A stretch of DNA of 63,678 bases, counting the filler. It is 5 parts of 5 records of this genome, joined end to end, with 100 filler letters (N's around TTAATTAATTAA, not from the genome) between each part and the next. Parts side by side here need not be neighbours in the genome. Positions count along the whole stretch, not along the records: positions 52,350 to 63,678 come from DRR378314_1169; 4 more parts are not named here. One strand, given 5' to 3'. The position numbers were made by a program, and so were the translations under genes. Every line of letters starts with the position of its first letter. Within the stretch, counting starts at the first letter, position 1. The notes beneath the pieces are model-generated. The model saw nothing but the letters and a program-made list of their open reading frames with translations, did not search any database and was not told the origin of the DNA. Below are positions 54,506 through 63,006 of the stretch, in pieces.

Positions 54506-55174
54506 TTGAAACGAGAAATTAAAATAACTTCTGATGGTTCTTCAACAATTCATTTACCAGATTGGGGAGAAAGTTATCATTCTACTCATGGGGCAATTCA
54601 AGAAGCAAAACATGTTTTTTTAAAGCAAGGTTTAGAGGCGATGCCAAAAACAGAAATTGCTGTTTTAGAGATTGGTTATGGTACTGGTTTAAATTGTTTT
54701 TTAGCCTTGTTGTCTAGTCAATCAAAAAAAAATAAAATTGATTATGTTGGCGTTGAAGCTTTTCCGGTTACAAAAGAAGAACATCTGCACCTTAATTATA
54801 CAAATGAGTTACAAGAAGAGAAGCAACAAGTTTTATTTGATAAAATGTTTGCTGTTTCTTGGGAGGAGAAACATCAAATTATCAATGAATTTTTTCTAAC
54901 TAAAAGAAAACAGAACTTTAAAAATATAGAAGATCAAAACTATTTTGATTTGATTTATTTTGATGCTTTTGGTGCAGAACATCAACCTGAATTATGGACA
55001 GTTCCTATATTTAAAAAAATGTTTGATGCTTTAAAAATTAATGGATTATTGGTAACCTATTCAGCAAAAGGAAGTGTGCGTAGAGCTATGCAAGAAGTAG
55101 GTTTTATCGTTGAGAGGTTAGAAGGTCCGCCAGGTAAAAGAGAAATGTTAAGAGCTACGAAAAAGAATTTGTAA
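54506..55174 (+). CDS. mnmD: tRNA mnm5s2U34 methyltransferase (stand-alone MnmC methyltransferase domain)
   Basis: TSDGS..YHSTHGAIQEAKHVF, EIGYGTGLN, FDAF and GPPGKREM motifs. TTG start. Confidence 0.9.
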   Translation: MKREIKITSDGSSTIHLPDWGESYHSTHGAIQEAKHVFLKQGLEAMPKTEIAVLEIGYGTGLNCFLALLSSQSKKNKIDYVGVEAFPVTKEEHLHLNYTNELQEEKQQVLFDKMFAVSWEEKHQIINEFFLTKRKQNFKNIEDQNYFDLIYFDAFGAEHQPELWTVPIFKKMFDALKINGLLVTYSAKGSVRRAMQEVGFIVERLEGPPGKREMLRATKKNL

Positions 55175-55184
55175 ATTTGAACCG

Positions 55185-55331
55185 ATGGAAGAAAAAAGAA
55201 TAAAATTTAGAAGAATAAGAGAACGTAAAAAGTCTAACCCTAAAAGAGGGATTCTTTTTATAGTTTTACTCATCATAATTGTGTATTTATTTATGAATGC
55301 AGAATCAATTCTGACAAAAATACTACCTTAA
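55185..55331 (+). CDS. Small single-pass membrane protein (48 aa, absent from the ORF track)
   Basis: MEEKRIKFRRIRERKKSNPKRGILFIVLLIIIVYLFMNAESILTKILP. It fills the mnmD-GT2 gap almost exactly. Confidence 0.65.
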   Translation: MEEKRIKFRRIRERKKSNPKRGILFIVLLIIIVYLFMNAESILTKILP

Positions 55332-55332
55332 A

Positions 55333-56454
55333 TTATTTCTTAAAACTACGTCCTTTCCAATTGTATTTGCTTATTAATGATTTTGAAAAAATCAATAATG
55401 TGAAGTATGGGTATAAAATACTGCTTTTTAAATAGCTTGAAAAGTGAATACTTTTTTGATAAAGATCACTACACTTTTTAATTAGTAAATAATCAAAAAG
55501 TAGCTTCAACATTATAAATGAAAATGCTAAAATTATTTTCATTTTAAAGAAGATAATCAAAAAAGGAATAGCAACAATGTATCCGTTACCAAGTAAAACA
55601 ATTATTCCAATTAGTTTTCCAAAAATCAAATTATAATTACTGGTTTTAGAAGCCCATCTTATCCGTTGGTTGATTAATTCGTTAAAAGTGTTTACAGGAA
55701 AAGTTTGAACAATAGCAGCTTTAGATTTTAAATAGGTTACTTTTTCTTTATCTAGTTTTATAAATTTTTCAAGTAAAAAAACATCATCACCACTAGCAAT
55801 ATTATTGTTGTTTGTAAATCCGTTAACTTGTTTAAAAATCTGCTTCCTGTAAATTAAATTAGCGCCGTTACATAGAAATGGAGTTTGTAATCCAAATGCA
55901 CCAATTGTAGTTGCTTGTAGACTTAAAAAATCTAAATCTTGAAATTGATGTATAAAATAATTGCTAGTTTTATAACAAACAGGAGCCACAATAAGATTAC
56001 AATCATTTTGCTGTATAAAAATATCAATAATTTTGAGCCAATTTATTGGCAAAATACAATCGGCATCTGTCGTTATAATCCATTCTTTAGTACTTACTTT
56101 TAAAGCCGTAGTAATGGCGTCTTTTTTTGGTGAATTTGAAATCCTTTCATTTTCTACAACTCGTAAATGATGTTGATTGTTAATTCCATGTTTGTTTATA
56201 ATAGAGATAGATTTATCAGATGAAGCGTCATTAACAAAAATAAAATCAACCAAAGTGGTAGGGTAATTTAATTGATGAATTGTATCTAATAACTTTGGTA
56301 AGTTTTCTGCTTCATTTCTAAAAGGAATGATAACAGTAAATCGATTTATAGCCGCAGTTTTATGAAATTCAGTTTCTTTTACTTTGTCAAAGCCGATAAT
56401 AAAAGCAGCAATTGATATTAAATAAATGAAGAAAATAATACTGAAGTAAATCAT
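55333..56454 (-). CDS. Membrane-bound family 2 glycosyltransferase
   Basis: IIPFRNE, TTDADC, SGDD and QRIRW motifs, with terminal TM helices. Confidence 0.9.
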   Translation of the reverse strand: MIYFSIIFFIYLISIAAFIIGFDKVKETEFHKTAAINRFTVIIPFRNEAENLPKLLDTIHQLNYPTTLVDFIFVNDASSDKSISIINKHGINNQHHLRVVENERISNSPKKDAITTALKVSTKEWIITTDADCILPINWLKIIDIFIQQNDCNLIVAPVCYKTSNYFIHQFQDLDFLSLQATTIGAFGLQTPFLCNGANLIYRKQIFKQVNGFTNNNNIASGDDVFLLEKFIKLDKEKVTYLKSKAAIVQTFPVNTFNELINQRIRWASKTSNYNLIFGKLIGIIVLLGNGYIVAIPFLIIFFKMKIILAFSFIMLKLLFDYLLIKKCSDLYQKSIHFSSYLKSSILYPYFTLLIFSKSLISKYNWKGRSFKK

Positions 56455-57425
56455 TCTTTAGTTGCAATTAGGTTTTGATTCTTAAAAGTAAGAACAAAAT
56501 AACTTCCTAGAATACTTGGAAGCGCAAAATTAAAAATCCACATGATTAAAACAATGGATAAAATATTTGTTGGATCTGAGTTAAAAAACGAGAATACCCA
56601 AATAGCTATAGAACTTTTAACAACTACATCAAGTAAAGATAACATTGGTATAATTGAAGCAATAAAGTACATTGAAAATATTGAAGTTAAAGCTTGTGAA
56701 TAAGTGATGTCTACATGAAATACAACCAATAAATAATAAAATTGATGAACAAAAACAATATATCTAAGAATTGAAATTACAGCAGTTTTAAAATGTAATT
56801 TTCCAGAAATTTTTTGTGTAAAAAGGAATAATGATTTTATAGAATATCCTTTAAAAGAGATATTCATTTTAAAAAAAATCCAAACAATTAAAAAAAGAAC
56901 AACACAAATTCCGAATAAAAAAAGGATTGGTTTTAAAGGTAATTCTATGTTGAAAGTTAATAGTAAATAACTAATGCCAAAAACTCCAAATATACTTGTT
57001 GTTATTAACTGATATAGGTTTCCAAGTAAATTTAAACCTAGTATTTTTATTCTAATTTCTTTATTAAAATAAATAGCTTTAGCGCCATATTCGCCAATTC
57101 TGTTTGGTGTAATTAAAGAAACAGTTAAAGAAGCAAGGCTCTGTTTTATTGCAGACGGAAAAGAAATGTTTTTAACATTAGTAGCTAAATTTTTCCACTT
57201 AGTAATTTCTAACATCCAATTAATGAAGCTAAATATTAATAGAAAAAGTAATGTTTTAATAGAAAAATCTTGGTTTTCTATTAATTTTTGATAAAAATCA
57301 GAAAAACGAATTTGTTGGTGATGATAAAGTTTGTTGTATATAAAATACAAACAACCAATAACTATAAAAAGTTTGATGACTAGCGCAAAGAATTGTTTAG
57401 ATTTGTATATAGTTGATGGAAGCAT
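56451..57425 (-). CDS. Lysylphosphatidylglycerol synthase TM-domain (flippase-like) protein
   Basis: Multi-pass hydrophobic protein with NWMLEITKW and TPNRIGEY motifs. ATGA overlap with the GT2 gene. Confidence 0.75.
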   Translation of the reverse strand: MLPSTIYKSKQFFALVIKLFIVIGCLYFIYNKLYHHQQIRFSDFYQKLIENQDFSIKTLLFLLIFSFINWMLEITKWKNLATNVKNISFPSAIKQSLASLTVSLITPNRIGEYGAKAIYFNKEIRIKILGLNLLGNLYQLITTSIFGVFGISYLLLTFNIELPLKPILFLFGICVVLFLIVWIFFKMNISFKGYSIKSLFLFTQKISGKLHFKTAVISILRYIVFVHQFYYLLVVFHVDITYSQALTSIFSMYFIASIIPMLSLLDVVVKSSIAIWVFSFFNSDPTNILSIVLIMWIFNFALPSILGSYFVLTFKNQNLIATKE

Positions 57426-57445
57426 TATTACAAAGAACGTAAAAA

Positions 57446-58000
57446 TTGAGTGTAGAAAAAATCATTTTAGGAATTGATCCGGGAACTACCATAATGGGTT
57501 TTGGTTTGATAAAAGTTGTTGGTAAGAAAATGGAGTTTATTCAAATGAATGAATTGCTATTAAAAAAATACGATGACCATTATTTAAAACTGAAGCTAAT
57601 TTTTGAAAGAACAATTGAGTTAATAGATACTTATAATCCGGATGAAATTGCAATTGAAGCACCTTTTTTTGGTAAAAATGTACAATCTATGTTAAAATTA
57701 GGAAGAGCTCAAGGAGTTGCAATGGCTGCAGGTTTATCTCGAGAAATACCGATTACAGAATATTTACCCAAAAAAATTAAAATGGCAATTACAGGAAACG
57801 GAAACGCCAGTAAAGAACAAGTTGCTTTGATGTTAAAGTCTTTGCTAGATTTAAAAACTTTGCCAAAAAACTTAGATGCAACTGATGGATTAGCTGCAGC
57901 TGTATGTCATTTTTATAATTCGGGAAAAGTTGTTGGTGGAAAAAATTATTCTGGTTGGGCTAGTTTTGTAAAACAGAATGAGAAACGAGTTAAAAAGTAG
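57446..58000 (+). CDS. ruvC: Holliday junction resolvase
   Basis: [21 protein letters not shown] and [12 protein letters not shown] motifs. Confidence 0.96.
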   Translation: MSVEKIILGIDPGTTIMGFGLIKVVGKKMEFIQMNELLLKKYDDHYLKLKLIFERTIELIDTYNPDEIAIEAPFFGKNVQSMLKLGRAQGVAMAAGLSREIPITEYLPKKIKMAITGNGNASKEQVALMLKSLLDLKTLPKNLDATDGLAAAVCHFYNSGKVVGGKNYSGWASFVKQNEKRVKK

Positions 58001-58014
58001 CTGATAATTAAACT

Positions 58015-59142
58015 ATGGCTGGAATCTATTTACATATCCCATTTTGTAAACAAGCATGTTTTTATTGCGATTTTCACTTCTCAACTTCTTTAAAAAAGAA
58101 AGATGAATTAGTTTCTTGTCTTATTAAAGAACTCGAAATTAGAAAAGATGAACTGTCTAATGAAATTATAGAAACGATTTATTTTGGTGGTGGAACTCCA
58201 AGTTTATTAACAATAAAAGAAATTGAAGCAATTATTATGGCTGTCAATTTGAATTATTCTGTTATTGATAACCCAGAAATTACTTTAGAAGCAAACCCAG
58301 ATGATTTGTCTGAAACTAAAATTTTAGAATTAGCAGAAAGTTCAATAAATAGATTAAGTATTGGAGTGCAATCTTTTTTTGAAGACGATTTAAAATTAAT
58401 GAATCGTGCACACAATGCTAATGAAGCTAAGAATTGTTTGTCTATTGCTACTCAGTACTTCGATAATATTACGGTTGATTTAATTTATGGAATTCCGAAT
58501 TTGTCAAACGAACGTTGGAGAGAAAATTTAAAGACTTTATTTGAATTTGGAATCAATCACATATCTAGTTATGCATTAACTGTAGAAGATAAAACAGCCT
58601 TAGATTCCTTTATTAAACAAGGAAAATATCCGCCTTTAAATGAAGAGTTGGCAAAAACTCATTTCGAAATATTAGTAGCCGAAACTCAAAAAGAAGGCTT
58701 TGTGCATTATGAAATTTCGAATTTTGGAAAACCTAAGTTTTTCTCGAAGCATAACACAAGTTATTGGCAAGGAAAAAAATATATTGGTATTGGCCCATCG
58801 GCACATTCTTTTAATCAAACGCACAGAAGTTGGAATGTAGCTAATAATACAAAGTATATAAAGTCAATTCTAGAAAATGTTTTGCCAAATGAAGTAGAAA
58901 GCCTTTCTGTCAATGATCAATTTAATGAATATATAATGACAGGTTTACGAACCATTTGGGGTGTTTCTCTAGAAAAAATAGAAAATAATTTTGGAGAGGA
59001 ATACCAAAAAAAAATAGAAAATAATTCTAAAAAATTTATCAAACAAGATTTATTGTATATTGAAAACCAAACATTAAAAACTACAGAAAAAGGAAAGTTT
59101 TTAGCAGATGGATTAGCGTCAGAATTATTTATTCTGAGTTAG
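58015..59142 (+). CDS. hemW: Radical SAM heme chaperone HemW
   Basis: YLHIPFCKQACFYCDF, YFGGGTPS, YEISNF and HNTSYW motifs. Confidence 0.92.
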   Translation: MAGIYLHIPFCKQACFYCDFHFSTSLKKKDELVSCLIKELEIRKDELSNEIIETIYFGGGTPSLLTIKEIEAIIMAVNLNYSVIDNPEITLEANPDDLSETKILELAESSINRLSIGVQSFFEDDLKLMNRAHNANEAKNCLSIATQYFDNITVDLIYGIPNLSNERWRENLKTLFEFGINHISSYALTVEDKTALDSFIKQGKYPPLNEELAKTHFEILVAETQKEGFVHYEISNFGKPKFFSKHNTSYWQGKKYIGIGPSAHSFNQTHRSWNVANNTKYIKSILENVLPNEVESLSVNDQFNEYIMTGLRTIWGVSLEKIENNFGEEYQKKIENNSKKFIKQDLLYIENQTLKTTEKGKFLADGLASELFILS

Positions 59143-59169
59143 CTTTAAAATAAAAAAAGTAAAAGAAAA

Positions 59170-59916
59170 ATGAAGGCAATTGTAGAATATAACTCAAGAA
59201 AGATTGAAGTAAATATTTCTAACCCAATAGATATTTCAATTCCGATAGATATTACCAAAAAAAATGTAAATGCATGGTATGTTGAAGATCCTAAAATTTT
59301 TCCTGAAAATATTGAGGGAGAAAATATTAGTGTTTCGGAAGGAGCTGTTGTAAATTTTAATAATATTCATTTCAATCCTCATGCGCATATTACACATACC
59401 GAGTGTGTAGGTCATATTACAAAAGATGTGCATTCTGTGAATAAGAATTTGAAATATTTTATATTTTTAGCAGAGTTGGTGACAGTTGTGCCTGAAAGTG
59501 ATGGTGAAGATTTTTTCATTTCTGAAAAACAATTAAAAACGGCATTAAGAAACAAGAAAAGAGATGCCATTGTAATTAGAACTTTACCAAATTTAGAGGA
59601 TAAAAAGTCAATGAAGTATTCAAATACAAATCCACCGTATCTTTTAGAAGAAGCAGCTGTTTATTTGCGAGAAAAAGGAATTAAACACTTGTTAATAGAC
59701 TTACCTTCTGTAGATAAAGAAAAAGATGATGGAAAATTATTAGCGCATAATGCTTTTTGGAATACTGCTGGTAAAGTAAGAATGAATGCTACAATTACAG
59801 AGTTTATCTATGTGCCAAATCACGTGAAAGATGGAGAGTATTTATTGAATTTAATGATTGCTCCTTTTGAGAATGATGCTACTCCAAGTAAACCAGTATT
59901 ATACGCTATAGAGTAA
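59170..59916 (+). CDS. Cyclase-family metal-dependent hydrolase (kynurenine formamidase-like)
   Basis: HAHITHTECVGH, DLPSVD and DATPSKP motifs. Confidence 0.85.
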   Translation: MKAIVEYNSRKIEVNISNPIDISIPIDITKKNVNAWYVEDPKIFPENIEGENISVSEGAVVNFNNIHFNPHAHITHTECVGHITKDVHSVNKNLKYFIFLAELVTVVPESDGEDFFISEKQLKTALRNKKRDAIVIRTLPNLEDKKSMKYSNTNPPYLLEEAAVYLREKGIKHLLIDLPSVDKEKDDGKLLAHNAFWNTAGKVRMNATITEFIYVPNHVKDGEYLLNLMIAPFENDATPSKPVLYAIE

Positions 59917-60318
59917 ATGATTACAATATCAAAAGATAAATCTAAACTTCAAATAGAGGTTATTCATCAATTTTTAACTAAAAGTTATTGGGCAAAAGGT
60001 AGAACTTTATCACAAGTACAAACAACAATTGATACTTGTTTGTGTTTTGGAGTATATTTTAATAATCAACAAATTGGTTTTGGAAGAGTCGCCACAGATT
60101 ATGCTGTTTTTGCCTATATTATGGATGTCTTTATGCTTCCAGAACATCGTGGTAAAGGTTATTCAAAGCAATTAATGGAAGCAATTGTTAATGCAAAAGA
60201 GCTTAAAGAATGTAAGACTTGGATGTTAAAAACATCGGATGCTCATGGTTTGTATGAGCAATTTGGGTTTTCTAAATTACATAATACTAATATTGTAATG
60301 GAAAAATTAATAAAGTAA
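59917..60318 (+). CDS. GNAT-family acetyltransferase
   Basis: SYWAKGR, GFGRVATD, HRGKGYSK and DAHGLYEQFGF motifs. Confidence 0.9.
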   Translation: MITISKDKSKLQIEVIHQFLTKSYWAKGRTLSQVQTTIDTCLCFGVYFNNQQIGFGRVATDYAVFAYIMDVFMLPEHRGKGYSKQLMEAIVNAKELKECKTWMLKTSDAHGLYEQFGFSKLHNTNIVMEKLIK

Positions 60319-60322
60319 TAAA

Positions 60323-60688
60323 ATGCACATAGAACAACTTAGAGAATATTGTATTTCTAAAAAAGGAGTTACAGAACATTTTCCGTTTGATGATGTTACT
60401 TTGGTTTTTAAGGTAATGGGAAAAATGTTTGCATTGGTTGGTTTAAATCTTTGGGAGAAAGGGGAAACTAAGGTCAATTTAAAATGTGACCCAGATTGGG
60501 CAGAAGAATTAAGAGGAGAGTATGATGGAATTATTGCTGGTTGGCATATGAGCAAAAAACATTGGAATACTGTAATATTAAATCAAGATGTTTCAGATAA
60601 ATTTGCTTTTGAATTAATAGATCATTCATATAAGAAGGTTGTACAAGGAATGACAAAAAAGTTACAAAACGAATTAGAAAATCTTTAA
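60323..60688 (+). CDS. MmcQ/YjbR-family DNA-binding protein
   Basis: FPFDDVTLVFKVMGKMFA, NLKCDP and HMSKKHWNT motifs. Confidence 0.92.
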   Translation: MHIEQLREYCISKKGVTEHFPFDDVTLVFKVMGKMFALVGLNLWEKGETKVNLKCDPDWAEELRGEYDGIIAGWHMSKKHWNTVILNQDVSDKFAFELIDHSYKKVVQGMTKKLQNELENL

Positions 60689-61524
60689 TTTAATAATCTA
60701 AACTTAGAAGGAGTAATACCTTTGTTGTCTTTAAATTTTCTGTTAAAATTTGAAATATTTTTAAACCCAGATTTTTCTGATACTTCTGCAATTAAAGCAT
60801 CATGGTTTTTTAATAATCTACATGCGTTTTCAATTCTAACCTCAATTAAAAACTGAAAATATGTTTTGTTAGTTCGTTGTTTAAAATACCTGCAAAATGC
60901 ATTTGGAGTCATGTTAGAAATTCCGGCGATTGTCTCTAGATCTATTTCTTTATTAAAATTATTCATGGTAAACTCCATGATGTTACTCATGCGTTTTCCT
61001 TCATTATCAGAATATTTTCGTTGATAAATAAATTTTGATAATGGATGAATATCAGCTTTTAAAAGCTCACTGATAATTTTTAAAAAAAGAATAAATCTAT
61101 TTAAGTTTGAAGCAGATTTAATTTCTAAGAAAAGTTCTAAAATAACGTTTTGATTTTCAGATACTTTCCCTCCTGATTCACAAATTTTAAAAAGTTTATT
61201 TACTTCTGTAAAATCTCCTTGTTCAAAAAAATCATCTCCAAAAGAAGTCTTGGTAAAGAATAATGATAGCATTAAACTTGAGTCACAATTATTTGTGTCA
61301 CTTTTAAAAACATGAGGTAAATTACTGCCAATAATTAATATATCTCCAGGTTTATATTCATTAATAGAATCTCCAACTACTAAGCTACCTTCTCCTTCTA
61401 TAATTGCACATAATTGAATTTCTTCATGTTGATGTAATTTATCATACAAAATTTTGCCTTTGTCTTCTTGATATATCAGAGAAACATCTTTAGATTTTGG
61501 AATTTTAAACGGAAGTACTTTCAT
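60685..61524 (-). CDS. AraC-family transcriptional regulator
   Basis: Cupin-type HQHEE..NLPH N-terminal domain; C-terminal FCRYFK..SGFKNISNFNRKF HTH. Divergent from the DHDPS-family gene. Confidence 0.93.
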   Translation of the reverse strand: MKVLPFKIPKSKDVSLIYQEDKGKILYDKLHQHEEIQLCAIIEGEGSLVVGDSINEYKPGDILIIGSNLPHVFKSDTNNCDSSLMLSLFFTKTSFGDDFFEQGDFTEVNKLFKICESGGKVSENQNVILELFLEIKSASNLNRFILFLKIISELLKADIHPLSKFIYQRKYSDNEGKRMSNIMEFTMNNFNKEIDLETIAGISNMTPNAFCRYFKQRTNKTYFQFLIEVRIENACRLLKNHDALIAEVSEKSGFKNISNFNRKFKDNKGITPSKFRLLN

Positions 61525-61652
61525 TACTTTAAGTCAATTATTGTGTAAATATATGCTAATATTTGCGTAATAATAAACAATGAAGTGTAATTGTGGTTAA
61601 AAAAGTATAATGAGTTGTTAATAATTGGTAATCGATTTTTTAAAAACTAACT

Positions 61653-61660
61653 TAGCTTTG
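61653..61660 (+). promoter_or_regulatory. Bacteroidota -7 promoter element
   Basis: TAGCTTTG fits TAnnTTTG, 16 nt before the ATG at 61677. Confidence 0.6.
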
Positions 61661-61676
61661 TTAAAAAAAAACATAC

Positions 61677-62633
61677 ATGAGTACACAATGGAACGGCGTA
61701 ATGCCAGCCGTGTTTACATGGTTGAAAGAGTCAAAATCAGGCTCTCTTGAAATTGACCTTAATGCAACACAAATGCAGGCTGCAAGTATTTTAAAAGCTC
61801 AAGGAAAGGGTGGAAGCAGAATGAGCGGACTTGTCGGTTCTGGAACTCTGGGTGAAAATAGCTACCTAAGTAACAACCAGCGTCTTTCCTTGCTTAAATC
61901 CCTTTCTGAAGTTGCTAAAGAGTACAATGTCCCATTGATTAGTGGAGCAGCAGCAGAGACTAAGGAAGAACTTGCCAAAATTGTTGAAGGACTTGCAACA
62001 GTTGGAGTTGATACAGTGATGGTAATGCCACCAAAAACTATAGCTGTTCCTTCTGAAAAAGAAATGTATGATTACTATGCGCTTTCTGAAGTAATAGCAA
62101 AAGATGTAGGCGTAACAATTATGCCTTATAACAATCCTGATGCAGCCGGATATCATGCGCTCTCAACGGAGCTTCTTAAAAAACTGTCTGTTCTTCCAAA
62201 CGTTACTGCTCTTAAAATATCGACTATAGATGTTTCAATTATTGAGACGATGATGTTAGAAAACAAAGATTTAAAAATTTTGGCAGGAGTAGACACAGTC
62301 ACTGTACATGCAGGACTTGCAGGAGCATGTGGTGGAATTACAGGTGTTGGTTGTATTTTTCCAAAAGCAAGTGTTACTATGCAAGAGTATGTTTTAAATG
62401 GAAAATGGGCAGAAGCAAACAAAATTTCACAGGCTTTAAATTCATTATCGTATTTGGATGCTCAACCACTGCTTATGGAATATCTTAAACTTGCTATGGG
62501 AATTCATCATAATGATATTGCTGGAGGACTTCGTACCTTTGGTAAGAAATTAACTCAACAGCAAATTGATGATGTCCGTGCAAGATATATGCTGGCAAAA
62601 GAAAGACTTGAAGTTTTGGACTTAATTAGTTAA
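61677..62633 (+). CDS. Dihydrodipicolinate synthase-family enzyme (possible pyrroline-hydroxy-carboxylate deaminase)
   Basis: GVMPAV, GTLGE and YNNP motifs, Schiff-base Lys in ALKIS, and AGVD. The specific function is inferred from the neighbouring KGSADH-type dehydrogenase. Confidence 0.8.
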   Translation: MSTQWNGVMPAVFTWLKESKSGSLEIDLNATQMQAASILKAQGKGGSRMSGLVGSGTLGENSYLSNNQRLSLLKSLSEVAKEYNVPLISGAAAETKEELAKIVEGLATVGVDTVMVMPPKTIAVPSEKEMYDYYALSEVIAKDVGVTIMPYNNPDAAGYHALSTELLKKLSVLPNVTALKISTIDVSIIETMMLENKDLKILAGVDTVTVHAGLAGACGGITGVGCIFPKASVTMQEYVLNGKWAEANKISQALNSLSYLDAQPLLMEYLKLAMGIHHNDIAGGLRTFGKKLTQQQIDDVRARYMLAKERLEVLDLIS

Positions 62634-62739
62634 ACCTTTCAAAGGTTAAAAATAGAAGCTTACAAAAAAGTAAATTTGAAAAAAAACATTTAAAAAATAA
62701 GGAAGGGTGCCACTTCAATCCTTAACACAAATAGAAAAC

Positions 62740-63006
62740 ATGTTAGAAATTAGACCTACATGCGAACATTGTAACAAATCATTGCCATTTAATTCTCAAG
62801 AGGCAATGATTTGTACGTTTGAATGCACCTATTGTAAAGATTGTGTAGAAACAGTATTGCGAGAAATATGCCCTAATTGTGGAGGTAACTTTACACAAAG
62901 ACCAATTCGCCCAAAAACATTATTAGAAAAACACCCTGTATCAACAAAAGAGATTTTTAAACCTGTTGATATAGAAACTCATATAAAAAGAATTCAAGCA
63001 AGATGA
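62740..63006 (+). CDS. DUF1272 Cys-rich protein
   Basis: MLEIRPTCEHC..ICTFECTYCKDC..CPNCGG..RPIRP pattern. Confidence 0.9.
   Translation: MLEIRPTCEHCNKSLPFNSQEAMICTFECTYCKDCVETVLREICPNCGGNFTQRPIRPKTLLEKHPVSTKEIFKPVDIETHIKRIQAR

Noticed and set aside
57446-58000. RuvC or RadC as signs of a CRISPR, TnpB or defence system
   Set aside because: Both are standard housekeeping-length proteins in ordinary chromosomal context. No repeat-spacer array or mobile element is present anywhere in the window.
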